Shown: piece after piece, positions 1 through 9,278 of the stretch
Layout: the number at the start of each line of letters is the position of its first letter
How positions within the stretch are numbered: the first letter of the stretch is position 1
Source of the DNA: a virus
Virus record (IMG/VR): IMGVR_UViG_3300010311_000419
Direction: 5' to 3' (one strand)
Length of the DNA stretch: 45,147 bases
Program-made: the position numbers and the translations under genes
Notes under the pieces: model-generated
The model's input: the letters and a program-made list of their open reading frames with translations, nothing else
What the model was told of the DNA's origin: nothing
Database searches by the model: none

Positions 1-81
1 CCGCCGAGAAAGTGCTTTTAGCGTTCGTTTCAAACTGTCCGAAGGTCTTCTCGTTCACTTGCCCAATCTCGGTGTTGATAA
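1..81. repeat. Terminal direct repeat; identical copy at 45067..45147 (circular-assembly overlap or terminal redundancy)
   Basis: Bases 1-81 read identically to the last 81 bases of the window; unique genome length is therefore about 45,066 bp. Confidence 0.9.
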
Positions 82-1546
82 CCTTTCCAAGTGATTGAAA
101 CGAAGCCGCGACTGATTCGCGCGCAGTTTCCGCTTTGCTTTTGAGAACCTCAAACTCCACGTTGTTTGCTTGATTGAGCGCTTCTTCCGCGCTCATCCCC
201 GCTGATTGGAATATAGCGATCAGATCGGCTTTTGTTTCGTTGGCTGTCGGTTTCAAGCCCGTCCAGTCTACTTTGTCGATTGCTTCGAGCGCTGTTTTAG
301 AGTCAACGCCCGCGTTAGACAGGGTTTGATATATATTTGCCGCCGCCGTTTCTACTTTGTTGTCGATGTTGGAAAACTCTAAATCATTCACCACGCCTAA
401 CGCAGCCGCGGCCTCTTTACCTGCTTGTGCGAACAACGCTTTCACTTCTTGCGCGGCCGCCTCCGCTTCTTGAGTTGTTGTGTCAAAGTTGAGGTTTTTC
501 ATCTGTTGCAGAGCTTCCGCTGAACTGTATCCGGCTTCCCGGAATGCGTTGTAAATTCTTTGAGAGTTGTTTTCGGCCGAAGATGATATTGGAGAGAAGT
601 CTATCTGATTGATTTTGTTAAGCGCTTCCGGGACGCTGTCACCCATATCTGAGAACACAGTCATCACGCTTTGCGCCAACGCTTGAACCTTGTTGTCTAC
701 TGTTGAAAAGTCCATTGCCCCAACGGCCACACCGAAGTCCGTGGCAATTTTTTCGCCAAGAGCGCCAATGGTTTCCTCTACGACTCCCGCCGCAATCTTT
801 GCGTTGTTCATCAGACCGTCGAACCCTAACTTGTTGAGTTCGTTCAACGCCTCGCCGGCCGAGTAGCCTGATTTCAGAAAAGCGTTATATATTCCAACTG
901 CCGCTTTATCTGCCGATGTAGCCAAAGGCGAGAAGTCAATTTGCGTTATCTTATCCAGCGCGTCCGGCACGCTTACGCCAAGGTCAGATAGCGTCGACAT
1001 GATGCTGTTCGCGAGCGATTTTACTTTGTCATCTACCGTCGCAAAATCAAGCGCATTCATGGCTATTCCAAAGTCTGATACCACTTTATCGCCCAAAGCC
1101 GCGATGGTTTCTTCTACCACCGCCGCGGCTATTTCAGCGTTTTCCATTAAGCCGCCGAACCCTATGTTGTTGAGTTCTTCGACCGCTTCAGCAGCCGAAT
1201 ACCCGGCATCTCTGAATGTGTCGTAAAGGTTCACGGCAACGTCTTCTGCGGATGTTTTAAGAGCCGAGAAGTCTATGTTTTGAACCGCACTTTGAATGTT
1301 CCCGGCACCAACGTTGATTTCCGCCAACGCTTCAGACACGGCGGTCTTAATGTCTTCTACAAGCTGCTGCGCGGCTGCATTAGTGTTAGCAATTTCGCTA
1401 TCCAATGTGTTGGACACGCCGGTCAGCGCCGATTCCATTTGGTTAATGCTGTTCGAGTCTACGTCTACGCTTAGCTTTTTACCGTTTATTTCGGCAACAA
1501 GACCCAATAAGTGATTAAGTTTTTCGAGAGCGCCTTTGTCCGCCAT
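1..1546 (-). CDS. Repeat-containing virion/tail-associated protein, 5' portion; frame runs off the window start and is completed by 44960..45066 across the circular junction (~550 aa total)
   Basis: ATG at 1544-1546 two bases after the stop of the 1548..1835 ORF; open minus-strand frame to base 1; about four ~110-aa internal repeats beginning DFSxL; not in the ORF track because it crosses the window edge. Confidence 0.5.
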   Translation of the reverse strand, partial: MADKGALEKLNHLLGLVAEINGKKLSVDVDSNSINQMESALTGVSNTLDSEIANTNAAAQQLVEDIKTAVSEALAEINVGAGNIQSAVQNIDFSALKTSAEDVAVNLYDTFRDAGYSAAEAVEELNNIGFGGLMENAEIAAAVVEETIAALGDKVVSDFGIAMNALDFATVDDKVKSLANSIMSTLSDLGVSVPDALDKITQIDFSPLATSADKAAVGIYNAFLKSGYSAGEALNELNKLGFDGLMNNAKIAAGVVEETIGALGEKIATDFGVAVGAMDFSTVDNKVQALAQSVMTVFSDMGDSVPEALNKINQIDFSPISSSAENNSQRIYNAFREAGYSSAEALQQMKNLNFDTTTQEAEAAAQEVKALFAQAGKEAAAALGVVNDLEFSNIDNKVETAAANIYQTLSNAGVDSKTALEAIDKVDWTGLKPTANETKADLIAIFQSAGMSAEEALNQANNVEFEVLKSKAETARESVAASFQSLGKVINTEIGQVNEKTFGQFETNAKSTFSA

Positions 1547-1547
1547 C

Positions 1548-1835
1548 TTATATGCCCTCCGTTTCAATTCGCACTTTAATCACACCGAGGTTTTCTATCT
1601 CTAACAGTTTGCTCAGCAGTTCTTCGGCTTTGGCCTTTGCGATTGTTACCTCGTCCGCGTTTACTTTTATAAGCGCTTCCGTTTCTATCAGCGCGTTCAG
1701 CTTGGTTTGTATCTCGTCGATTTTTGCAGCCGCCTCGCTTTCGAACGGGATCACGATCTTTTTGGTATTGATCGCGTCGATTGCGGCGCCAATCCCTTCT
1801 ATTTTCGCTTTCATATTTTCTAAACTCATACTCAC
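1548..1835 (-). CDS. Hypothetical tail-associated protein (95 aa)
   Basis: ORF track; start overlaps tape measure stop; shares a KxNAL...VNAD motif with the C-terminus of the junction-spanning protein and with 44620..44955. Confidence 0.45.
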   Translation of the reverse strand: MSMSLENMKAKIEGIGAAIDAINTKKIVIPFESEAAAKIDEIQTKLNALIETEALIKVNADEVTIAKAKAEELLSKLLEIENLGVIKVRIETEGI

Positions 1836-4366
1836 GCGCCCGCTTCCGCGAAGTCGAATGCCACGGCGATCTTCTTGCCGTTTAGTTTGTCCAATTTATC
1901 GCTCATGTCTTTAATGTTGAGGTTTGCTTCTTCTATCGCACCGGTGACCGCTTTGGAAAGATTGGACCGTAGCATATCGAACTTCTTGTTGTCAATCTCT
2001 TCGAGTTCTTGCAACGCTTTGTTCTTCGCGCTCGTGAAGGCGTCCGCAATGTCGTCTTTTGCGCCCGCTGCGTTCTTTTTAAGTGTGTCAAAATCGATCG
2101 CGTTGACAAACTTCTCCGCTTCCGTAGCCGAGTATCCGACTGCCAGCAGCGAGTCCGTGATTCGCTTCTTCGCGTCATCCACCGATACGGCCAACCCTTT
2201 GAAGTCGATTGTGTTGATGATATCGAGCGCCGATTTGGCGTCCACGCCCACATCCACGAACGCGCTGAGTACGTCTTTGGCCGCTTGCGCTGCTTTCCCT
2301 GGTATCGTCGAGAACTCGTAGCCGTCTATTACGCCGAGTTTGGCCGCGACCTCTTTCCCAAGCACGTCAAAGAACGTGTTAATCTTTTCTGATGCGTTTT
2401 TCGCCGACTCTTCGATCGTTTTGAAGTTGAGCTCGCCAAGCCGACTTTTGAATGAGCTGACAACGCTCTCAGGTAGTAAGTCAGGATGAACGTCTATGTT
2501 TTTGAACGCGTTCTCAATAGAACTGGCCGCGTCTTTTGCCTTGCCTTCTGCAATGTTTGCCGCCTCGCTCATTTGCTTGTCGATGCTGTCGCGTAATTCC
2601 GTCACGCCGTCGGCAGCGGATCCAAATGCCGGCTTGATTCCACCCGCGCTTTTTACGACATCTTCGATCTTCTTGTTGAGGTCAGCGTGTACGGCGGCGA
2701 ACTCCTCGAGCGTCAGTTTGCCTTTGTTATAATCCGCCCACGCGCGCGCGAGTTGTTCCATCAGGTCAAGATTGGTAGATACGGCGTTGTTGTAGTCCGT
2801 TACTTTGTTTGCGATGAACATTGTCTCGAGCGATTCCTTGACGCCCGGTATAAGGCCGCCGAGCGATGCGATGTTCGCCGTGAACTTCTCGAGGTCGGAC
2901 ATCTCGATGTTAACTCCGCTGATATCCGCAATGCCTTCTTTGAGCGCCTCGACTTCGACACGCGCTTTCTTAACCGCCTCAATAACCGGCCCGAGGGCGG
3001 CAGCCATCGCCGCAAACGCGCCGACTGCTATCCCGGCTTTGAGCGCGCCTTGGAATCCGGAGAACTCCTGCGCCGTTTTCTTGATCTCCGTCGTTACCGC
3101 AGCCGCGCCGGCCTTTAGCGCGCTGAATATGTTTTTCCCCGCGACTGACCCGAGTTCAAGTATCTTGGTTCCGACTTCCTTTATCCCCGTTGCAAGCCTT
3201 GGCAGGTCTGTCGTGTAGAGGTTCTTCATTATGTCGCCGAACTTCTTGAAGTTATCAATTGATTTGATGATCGTCCCGGCGATCGCGGATAACGCGCCCA
3301 CAAGCGTCGCGCCCATTCCGGCTATCGCGCCAAATTGCGTCACGACGCCTTTGATCGGGGCCGGCAGCTTATCGAACCACTGCACAAGTCCCTTCACTGC
3401 GTTGGCGATGCCGGTGAATAAAGGCGCAACAGACGCGCCGATCGAGTTCTTGAGCGAGGTAAACGAGTTCTTGAGGCTGGTTATCGCGCCTTTGAGCGAT
3501 CCTTCCATCCGGTTCGCCGCGTCTTTGGCCGCGCCGCCAGAGTTCTCGAGCTTCTCAATATAGCCGTCTATCGCGTCACCACCGTCTTCAAGGAGTAACG
3601 CCACCGACGCGCCCGCTTCAGCTCCGAATGCTTTTAACGCTTTCTCCGCATCGAGACCGGAATCCCTGAGCAGCTTTATCTTGTCTGTTAGAGTCAATGC
3701 CGGATTCGATAGATCTTCCAGCGAGACGCCAAGCCCTTCAAGAGTTGTCTTCAACGCCTCGGAAGGCGCGCTTAATTCGGTGAATAGTTTCCGCAAACCC
3801 TGAACGGCCTGTTCCGTATTCGCGCCCTTCTCTTTGAGCGAGAGCAACCCGGCAACCGTTTCGCTGATGGATACGCCCGCCGCGCTGGCTGCCGGTCCGA
3901 CTTTCTGGAGTTGATCCGCGAGTACGCTCATGTCGATGCTTTTGGATGCTTCTGCGAGTTGATCGGTTGTCGTCTCTAACTGTTCAAGGCTTACGCCGTA
4001 CGCTCGGACAGCTGTTTGCAAGATGCCGGATGCAGTCTCGGCAGATGCGCCGAACCCGCTCATCAACTGCGTGGCGCTCTCCATGATCACGTTCATCTCT
4101 TGGAGAGACGCGCCATTTGCCGCTAAGGCACTGAATCCCTGCGTAATCTGTTCGATCGACGTAGCGCCGTCGCCGAGTTGTGTGATCTTCTTTGACATCA
4201 TCTCGACTTCTTCGCTTGTCGCGCCAGTGCTCGTTTGTATGTCTTTGAGTTTCGCGTCGAAGTCTGCGAATGAATTAGCGGCGGAGGCGAGCCCGGCCGT
4301 TATCGCGCCGCCGATTCCCGCCATCGCCGCGCCCACGGTTTGGAGCGCCGTGCCCATCTCGTTCAA
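1832..4366 (-). CDS. Tail tape measure protein
   Basis: 844 aa, Ala/Gly-rich and coiled-coil-like, downstream of major tail protein and two small ORFs; frame stays open upstream to about 4558 behind a GGAGG at 4562-4566, so the true start may lie upstream of the TTG at 4366. Confidence 0.65.
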   Translation of the reverse strand: MNEMGTALQTVGAAMAGIGGAITAGLASAANSFADFDAKLKDIQTSTGATSEEVEMMSKKITQLGDGATSIEQITQGFSALAANGASLQEMNVIMESATQLMSGFGASAETASGILQTAVRAYGVSLEQLETTTDQLAEASKSIDMSVLADQLQKVGPAASAAGVSISETVAGLLSLKEKGANTEQAVQGLRKLFTELSAPSEALKTTLEGLGVSLEDLSNPALTLTDKIKLLRDSGLDAEKALKAFGAEAGASVALLLEDGGDAIDGYIEKLENSGGAAKDAANRMEGSLKGAITSLKNSFTSLKNSIGASVAPLFTGIANAVKGLVQWFDKLPAPIKGVVTQFGAIAGMGATLVGALSAIAGTIIKSIDNFKKFGDIMKNLYTTDLPRLATGIKEVGTKILELGSVAGKNIFSALKAGAAAVTTEIKKTAQEFSGFQGALKAGIAVGAFAAMAAALGPVIEAVKKARVEVEALKEGIADISGVNIEMSDLEKFTANIASLGGLIPGVKESLETMFIANKVTDYNNAVSTNLDLMEQLARAWADYNKGKLTLEEFAAVHADLNKKIEDVVKSAGGIKPAFGSAADGVTELRDSIDKQMSEAANIAEGKAKDAASSIENAFKNIDVHPDLLPESVVSSFKSRLGELNFKTIEESAKNASEKINTFFDVLGKEVAAKLGVIDGYEFSTIPGKAAQAAKDVLSAFVDVGVDAKSALDIINTIDFKGLAVSVDDAKKRITDSLLAVGYSATEAEKFVNAIDFDTLKKNAAGAKDDIADAFTSAKNKALQELEEIDNKKFDMLRSNLSKAVTGAIEEANLNIKDMSDKLDKLNGKKIAVAFDFAEAGA

Positions 4367-4666
4367 TTCTTTTTTATGTTCTTGGGCCGCTTTTTCCGCC
4401 GCTTTTTGTTGCGCCGCGAGTTCTTTTGTATTCTTTGCCGCCTCTTTAGCTTTATCGCTTGTGTCCTTTACCGCTCTCTCAAGGTCAGCTAAGGGCTTCG
4501 CCGCTTCGTTCGTTGCCTTTATCTTGATTTCTATCTCAGGATTGTTTGCGATTGCCGCTCACCTCCTTATTCCGCCTTCTCAAATTCAGATAACACCAAC
4601 ACGTTCTTGATCGGTTCATCCCAGCCGTTCGGATAACCGCCCATCCGTTTGATTAGCCAATACTCG

Positions 4667-5041
4667 TCAGGGATTTTGCCTAGCTTTTTCATCGCTCGCA
4701 CGAAAGGATCGCTCCTTGTCGTTGATGGATACAAGGCTAACCAGTACCGGGATCAGCGCGATCATAAATTCCGGTGTGAAGCTCTTGACAAACTCTTCGT
4801 TGATGGCGCCGTCGTACCCTTCGACCGACACAATCATCTTCGAAAACAGGTACACGATAGCCTTCATTATTTCCGGCTTAATGTTGTCCGCGTTTTGCAA
4901 TCCCTCGCCGAACGCTTTGATGTTCCCGAGGTTCTCCGCGTAATCGATGCTGGTGATCGGCCGAACCACTATTTTTTTGCCGAATATCATAATTTCCTTC
5001 TTTGTGTTTTTGGATACGTATAGCGTTATTTCTTCCGTCAT
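4667..5041 (-). CDS. Putative tail assembly chaperone (124 aa)
   Basis: Position between major tail protein and tape measure; GGAGA 8 nt upstream of ATG. Confidence 0.4.
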   Translation of the reverse strand: MTEEITLYVSKNTKKEIMIFGKKIVVRPITSIDYAENLGNIKAFGEGLQNADNIKPEIMKAIVYLFSKMIVSVEGYDGAINEEFVKSFTPEFMIALIPVLVSLVSINDKERSFRASDEKARQNP

Positions 5042-5212
5042 CTCTTTTCTCTCCCTTCAATCCGCGCTTGTCAGCGTTTTCTTACCGCTTTCAACTCGTT
5101 TATTTGCCTCTCGTACTCGCAGAGTGCGAACACCGTCCGCATAGGTGTTTTCCAACCCCACGGCAGGGATCCGATTCTTCGAAAGATGATGTACTCGATT
5201 GGTATGTTGTCT

Positions 5213-5557
5213 TTAATCACCTGCGTTTTGACGAAAGGATTTATCCTTGCCTTCTAACTGCGTGTGTTTCGCAATCTCCATCACGATTTCGATCATCGCC
5301 GATGGATTCATTGTTTTAACGACTTCTCTTGTTACTTCGCTCACACCCTCGATCTTAACAATTTGTTTTGTGAGTAGATCATACGTTCTGTCGATATCCT
5401 GCTTTTCGATCTTTTGCCCGGTTGTGAAAACTTGCGCGAGCGTTCGGAATAACGATACGCTTGTAAAGTAATCGTCCGCATATAGCGGCTTTAGAGTAAT
5501 ATCTGTATTTGCTACCTTCACGGTATACGTGTCTTGCGGTCCAATGAATAGATTCAT
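5213..5557 (-). CDS. Putative tail assembly chaperone (114 aa from ATG; track gives TTG at 5575)
   Basis: GGGAGAG then 6 nt then ATG at 5557; gene order. Confidence 0.4.
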   Translation of the reverse strand: MNLFIGPQDTYTVKVANTDITLKPLYADDYFTSVSLFRTLAQVFTTGQKIEKQDIDRTYDLLTKQIVKIEGVSEVTREVVKTMNPSAMIEIVMEIAKHTQLEGKDKSFRQNAGD

Positions 5558-5588
5558 TATTTTCTCTCCCTTCAAAAATAAAGTAGAA

Positions 5589-5606
5589 CGCGGGTTTTAC
5601 CCCGCG
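5589..5606 (-). terminator. Hairpin plus T-rich tract just downstream of the major tail protein gene
   Basis: CGCGGG-TTTTAC-CCCGCG stem-loop followed on the minus strand by a T-rich run. Confidence 0.35.
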
Positions 5607-5608
5607 CT

Positions 5609-6403
5609 CTAAGCGATGGTGAATGTTTCAAATGAGAAGGTCTGTGTCACTTCAAACTCGGAATCAGGGTCAACTCTTCCGGAGGCGCCGGTAATCTTCG
5701 CGCCAGTACCGGAGAATGTGATCTTGTGAGAAGCGCTCGATGCGTCCACATATTTAATTTCGAATGAGATCGCCGCTTTGGCCGGGTCCCACGCGCCCGA
5801 CGCAATTTTGCTTACGGTAGAGGATGCAATAACAAATTCTCCCTCGTAGGTAGCCGTTCCAATCTCCACGTCAGTCGGGGACAATGAAGTCCCGTAAATC
5901 CCGGTAACGTCTTGGTTTTTGTTGAGCGAGAAGCTACGAATCACATCCGTTTCGCTCGCCCACGTGATCGTTGCGTCCGAGAAAACGAAGTAAGTCTCTG
6001 GAGTGATCGCCGTGGGTGCTGTCGCACCAGTCGTGATGCTTAAGAACATTCCATCGAGCGAGTATTCGAGCGGCGCGTCCTCCCCACCACTGATAGTCAT
6101 GTTCCCGAAATAGCAACTCCCAAGCGTTGCATCGTGTACTCTCAACTCAACCGCGGGGGGGACTCCCTCACCGGTGTTTGTCCCGAACGCGAGAACGTCT
6201 TTGCTCGTAACCAATCCGCCAAGGCTGATCGCTTGATCGTATTTGGTCATTCTGGTCTTGGTATAACCGCCGATCCCTTTTTCTTCGGCGGCCTCGTTCG
6301 TTATCGAAGGCGATATGCTCTGGAGTAACCCGAGATGAACATTAGTCCCGGACGACTCAAGCCTGCCTACCACCTTCATTTGAGAACCTTGTAACGCTGC
6401 CAC
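5609..6403 (-). CDS. Major tail protein
   Basis: 264 aa, Thr/Ser/Gly-rich, between connector genes and chaperone/tape-measure genes; followed by terminator-like hairpin. Confidence 0.55.
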   Translation of the reverse strand: MAALQGSQMKVVGRLESSGTNVHLGLLQSISPSITNEAAEEKGIGGYTKTRMTKYDQAISLGGLVTSKDVLAFGTNTGEGVPPAVELRVHDATLGSCYFGNMTISGGEDAPLEYSLDGMFLSITTGATAPTAITPETYFVFSDATITWASETDVIRSFSLNKNQDVTGIYGTSLSPTDVEIGTATYEGEFVIASSTVSKIASGAWDPAKAAISFEIKYVDASSASHKITFSGTGAKITGASGRVDPDSEFEVTQTFSFETFTIA

Positions 6404-6407
6404 TTTA

Positions 6408-6839
6408 TCACCTCACTGTTTCGATTTGTATTTCGATTGCCGCGCCCACGACGTAATGGTTCGATGATTCAACCAGTATTCGCTCGAGCGCGTATCCGGG
6501 CACTTGATAAAACACTCGACGGTTTTCGATGCTGCTGTTCTTGTTTTTGAATATCGCCACGATCTTCTCTGCCGCTTCTGCGTTGCTCTTCTCCAGTTCC
6601 TCAGCTTGCGCGAAGGTGCCACGGTTCGCATAGATGATCGTGAAGTCGAGCTTTTCTTTTGCCGCGCCGGCGCTGCTCACATACATCGCACGATCGGCTC
6701 TTCCAGGCAATATCTCTATCAACGGATAGATCGCGTTCTTCGCCCAGTTCAGCGCGCCGATCTTGATCGTCTCCGCTTGGAACTCCGTATCCAACGTGTT
6801 CTTTATCTCGTCGAGCAACTCTTTGTACATATCAATCAC
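6408..6839 (-). CDS. Putative tail completion / tail terminator protein
   Basis: Gene order only. Confidence 0.35.
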   Translation of the reverse strand: MIDMYKELLDEIKNTLDTEFQAETIKIGALNWAKNAIYPLIEILPGRADRAMYVSSAGAAKEKLDFTIIYANRGTFAQAEELEKSNAEAAEKIVAIFKNKNSSIENRRVFYQVPGYALERILVESSNHYVVGAAIEIQIETVR

Positions 6840-7290
6840 ACACCCTTGTCAGATGCTCAAGAAGAATGTCTTTGATGTTCTCGATTCCCTTGGTATCGAA
6901 CGGCGGAATCCCGTCACTGTCAGAGTACGGCATAAAGGCCCGCTGCGGCATCTTTCGCGTGCCGGTTTGGTGATACACGCCGTAGAACACGCCGGAGAAT
7001 ACCGACGCTTCGCTCTTATCAGAACGCAGGTTGATCGATTGCTTGAGCTTGCCGTGGAACTCGAGGATTTGGCCGCTCACGCCTTTTGCCTTCTTCTTTT
7101 TCTCGATTGTGCTGTCAGCGAGCGCCGCCCATCCCTTCGGTCGCCCTTCTTGCTCAAAGTTCTCCATCACTTCTTCTTTCATATACACAGCTACGTCTCT
7201 GAGCGGTTTAGAGAGATCGGAAAGCTCCTTGTTCAACCGTTTGGTAAGCGTATCAATGCCTTTGTCGGTATAGGTAAACGTGATGGCCAT
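6832..7290 (-). CDS. Putative head-tail joining protein
   Basis: Gene order only. Confidence 0.35.
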   Translation of the reverse strand: MAITFTYTDKGIDTLTKRLNKELSDLSKPLRDVAVYMKEEVMENFEQEGRPKGWAALADSTIEKKKKAKGVSGQILEFHGKLKQSINLRSDKSEASVFSGVFYGVYHQTGTRKMPQRAFMPYSDSDGIPPFDTKGIENIKDILLEHLTRVCD

Positions 7291-7294
7291 AACA

Positions 7295-7639
7295 TCACCA
7301 CTTATCCATTACGGTTGTTGTGAATACCTGAGTGCCCGCCGTGATATAGTGTTGCGAAGAAGGGGCCGCCGCATCTGTTCCGGTTGTCTTCTTGAGCGCG
7401 CTCATCAATCGATCGTAATATGCCTGGGCCTGCTCCTGGAATCCGTGCCGCTCATATAACCGGTAAATCACGTAAGACGTTTCGTGTATCTCTTTGAGGG
7501 TTGTGTCTGTGATTGCAATAATCGAGTTGATAAACGTCTCCGCTTCCGAGAGCAGCACGGTAAGAATCGAGTCGTCAGATTCCGTCAAGCTGTTAATCAA
7601 GTCTTCCGGGAACTTAGCCTTTAGTTGCGCCACTGTCAT
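7295..7639 (-). CDS. Putative head-tail connector / adaptor
   Basis: Gene order only; first gene after capsid-gene terminator. Confidence 0.35.
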   Translation of the reverse strand: MTVAQLKAKFPEDLINSLTESDDSILTVLLSEAETFINSIIAITDTTLKEIHETSYVIYRLYERHGFQEQAQAYYDRLMSALKKTTGTDAAAPSSQHYITAGTQVFTTTVMDKW

Positions 7640-7653
7640 ATCCGGTCACCTCT

Positions 7654-7687
7654 AAAAAGGACCAGCCGGCATTATACCGGCGTGGCC
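7654..7687 (-). terminator. Imperfect hairpin plus T-tract downstream of the major capsid gene
   Basis: GGACCAGCCGG / CCGGCGTGGCC arms with TTTTT following on the minus strand. Confidence 0.3.
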
Positions 7688-7689
7688 TA

Positions 7690-8751
7690 TTAGGATATCG
7701 TGCTTGTAAATACTTTGCACGCGTTAGCGTTATACAAAATCGGGAGAGGATAGGAGAGTAGCGATATAGTCTTCGTGTGCCCTTCGGATGCTTCGGGAAT
7801 CTTCTCTTTGACGATGACATCGGTCATAATTGGGGATCCATCGGGTTTGAGTTCAAAGTCGACAACCGCGCCGTAGCCGAGAGCAAACTGGCTTGTATTG
7901 AGCAGAATCATCTTTCCGCTTGTGCTTGAGGATTCGGGGATATACTTCGTCGCAACGTTCGAATCGTTCGCGTAGGTCCCGGAATACACGTATATCTCTG
8001 GGATTCCAAACTCTTGGAACTCACCGATGAACCGAACGCTCGGCGAATTAAACCGAGGCTTAAGCAACCCAAAGTTGTAATTGTTTTTGCTGATATACTT
8101 TTCTGTTTTTGAGTGGTTCATGATCCCGCGCGCAAGATACGGGGTCATCAGGATAACGTTCGGCCACATCCCGAGTGTTTGCGCGAACGTCTCGCATTCC
8201 GCGCCGATAAGTTCGAGCGGGTCCGTTGAACTGCTCACCGCGAGTTTCCCGGTTGTGCTGATTCTGTAATCCTGCTCAAATGTTCTTTCAGTCGTTGTGA
8301 AGCTGATTTTCCCAGTCAGGAGGAGTTGTCCGAACATATACTCGATACGGCGTTTAAGCCGATCGCGAAGCCCCTGGAGTTTAACGCCGTAGGAATACGC
8401 GAAGGAACGCGTGATATCCGAAGCGTCATTCAGGTTTGCAAGTTCATTCAGATTAAACGAAGAAGTCAGAGCTTCCGTCGATTCGATGCTGTCGCGTTCG
8501 AAGATTTGGGGCGGCGTCACGGTGATGTCTTCGGCGGTGTTCTTGTAATCAATATTGCGCGCCGGATCGTCACGTAATCCGATCGAGCTCATCTTGCCGG
8601 AAGTGGTGATCATTCGCCATTTGATCGTGGTCGTCGGGCTGAATATTTTACTGGATCCAAGCATTTGCGTGAGAAAGAACGGCTCATCCCTCATCTGTTG
8701 CAATACTTTAGTCAATAACGTAGTCCAGGTAGCACTGTTGAACGTCGCCAT
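7690..8751 (-). CDS. Major capsid protein (lambda E-like position)
   Basis: 353 aa ORF after scaffold and a small decoration-sized ORF, followed by a terminator. Confidence 0.55.
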   Translation of the reverse strand: MATFNSATWTTLLTKVLQQMRDEPFFLTQMLGSSKIFSPTTTIKWRMITTSGKMSSIGLRDDPARNIDYKNTAEDITVTPPQIFERDSIESTEALTSSFNLNELANLNDASDITRSFAYSYGVKLQGLRDRLKRRIEYMFGQLLLTGKISFTTTERTFEQDYRISTTGKLAVSSSTDPLELIGAECETFAQTLGMWPNVILMTPYLARGIMNHSKTEKYISKNNYNFGLLKPRFNSPSVRFIGEFQEFGIPEIYVYSGTYANDSNVATKYIPESSSTSGKMILLNTSQFALGYGAVVDFELKPDGSPIMTDVIVKEKIPEASEGHTKTISLLSYPLPILYNANACKVFTSTIS

Positions 8752-9278
8752 TACGCCGTCACCCCTTCTCTTTCAAGTACAATGATTCCGTTCTTCGCCA
8801 GTCTCGCTTTTGTGTCCGCGCTCAGCGTGCCGTACAGATCAGAATCGGCCACTACACCGTTGAGCAGAGTCTTCGCGTATCCGATCGTTTGGTTTTTATC
8901 TACATCTTCGGAGAGCACCGCGCACGGTTCGTAGGTGTACATGTTGTAACCAACTTTGATAACTGCGTTTTTCGTATGGCTCGATATCGTGATGACCTTC
9001 GTCGAGTAGTTCGTCGTGATCTTGGTGGTAGACGTGCCAACTGATACGGATAGTATCGCGGGAGAACCATATTCGATCGCGTAAGTGGCTGCTGTTAAGG
9101 CTGTGGCTGTGCTCGTCGCCATCGTGGTCGTAACGGTCACCGCCGTAGGAGTGGCTTTGTACAACCCCGTGAGGTTATCCCATCCCATCACCTGTTTCGC
9201 GGACAGCGTCGCGTTTGTTGCAACGGATACCATCAGTTCGTATCCGCTTTCAAACCCTTCGGTTTTCAAACTCATCAT
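8751..9278 (-). CDS. Putative head decoration / capsid accessory protein
   Basis: 175 aa, Thr/Ala-rich, between scaffold and major capsid genes. Confidence 0.35.
   Translation of the reverse strand: MMSLKTEGFESGYELMVSVATNATLSAKQVMGWDNLTGLYKATPTAVTVTTTMATSTATALTAATYAIEYGSPAILSVSVGTSTTKITTNYSTKVITISSHTKNAVIKVGYNMYTYEPCAVLSEDVDKNQTIGYAKTLLNGVVADSDLYGTLSADTKARLAKNGIIVLEREGVTA

Noticed and set aside
4567-4644. 25-aa minus-strand ORF (MGGYPNGWDEPIKNVLVLSEFEKAE) between chaperone and tape measure
   Set aside because: No ribosome-binding site, very short, and within a region likely to be the tape measure leader; insufficient support.
5042-5212. Programmed -1 frameshift joining the two tail assembly chaperone ORFs (lambda G / G-T style)
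   Set aside because: The downstream ORF's frame is closed by a stop 16 nt upstream of its ATG and does not overlap the upstream ORF's 3' end, so there is no overlapping frame for a slip.
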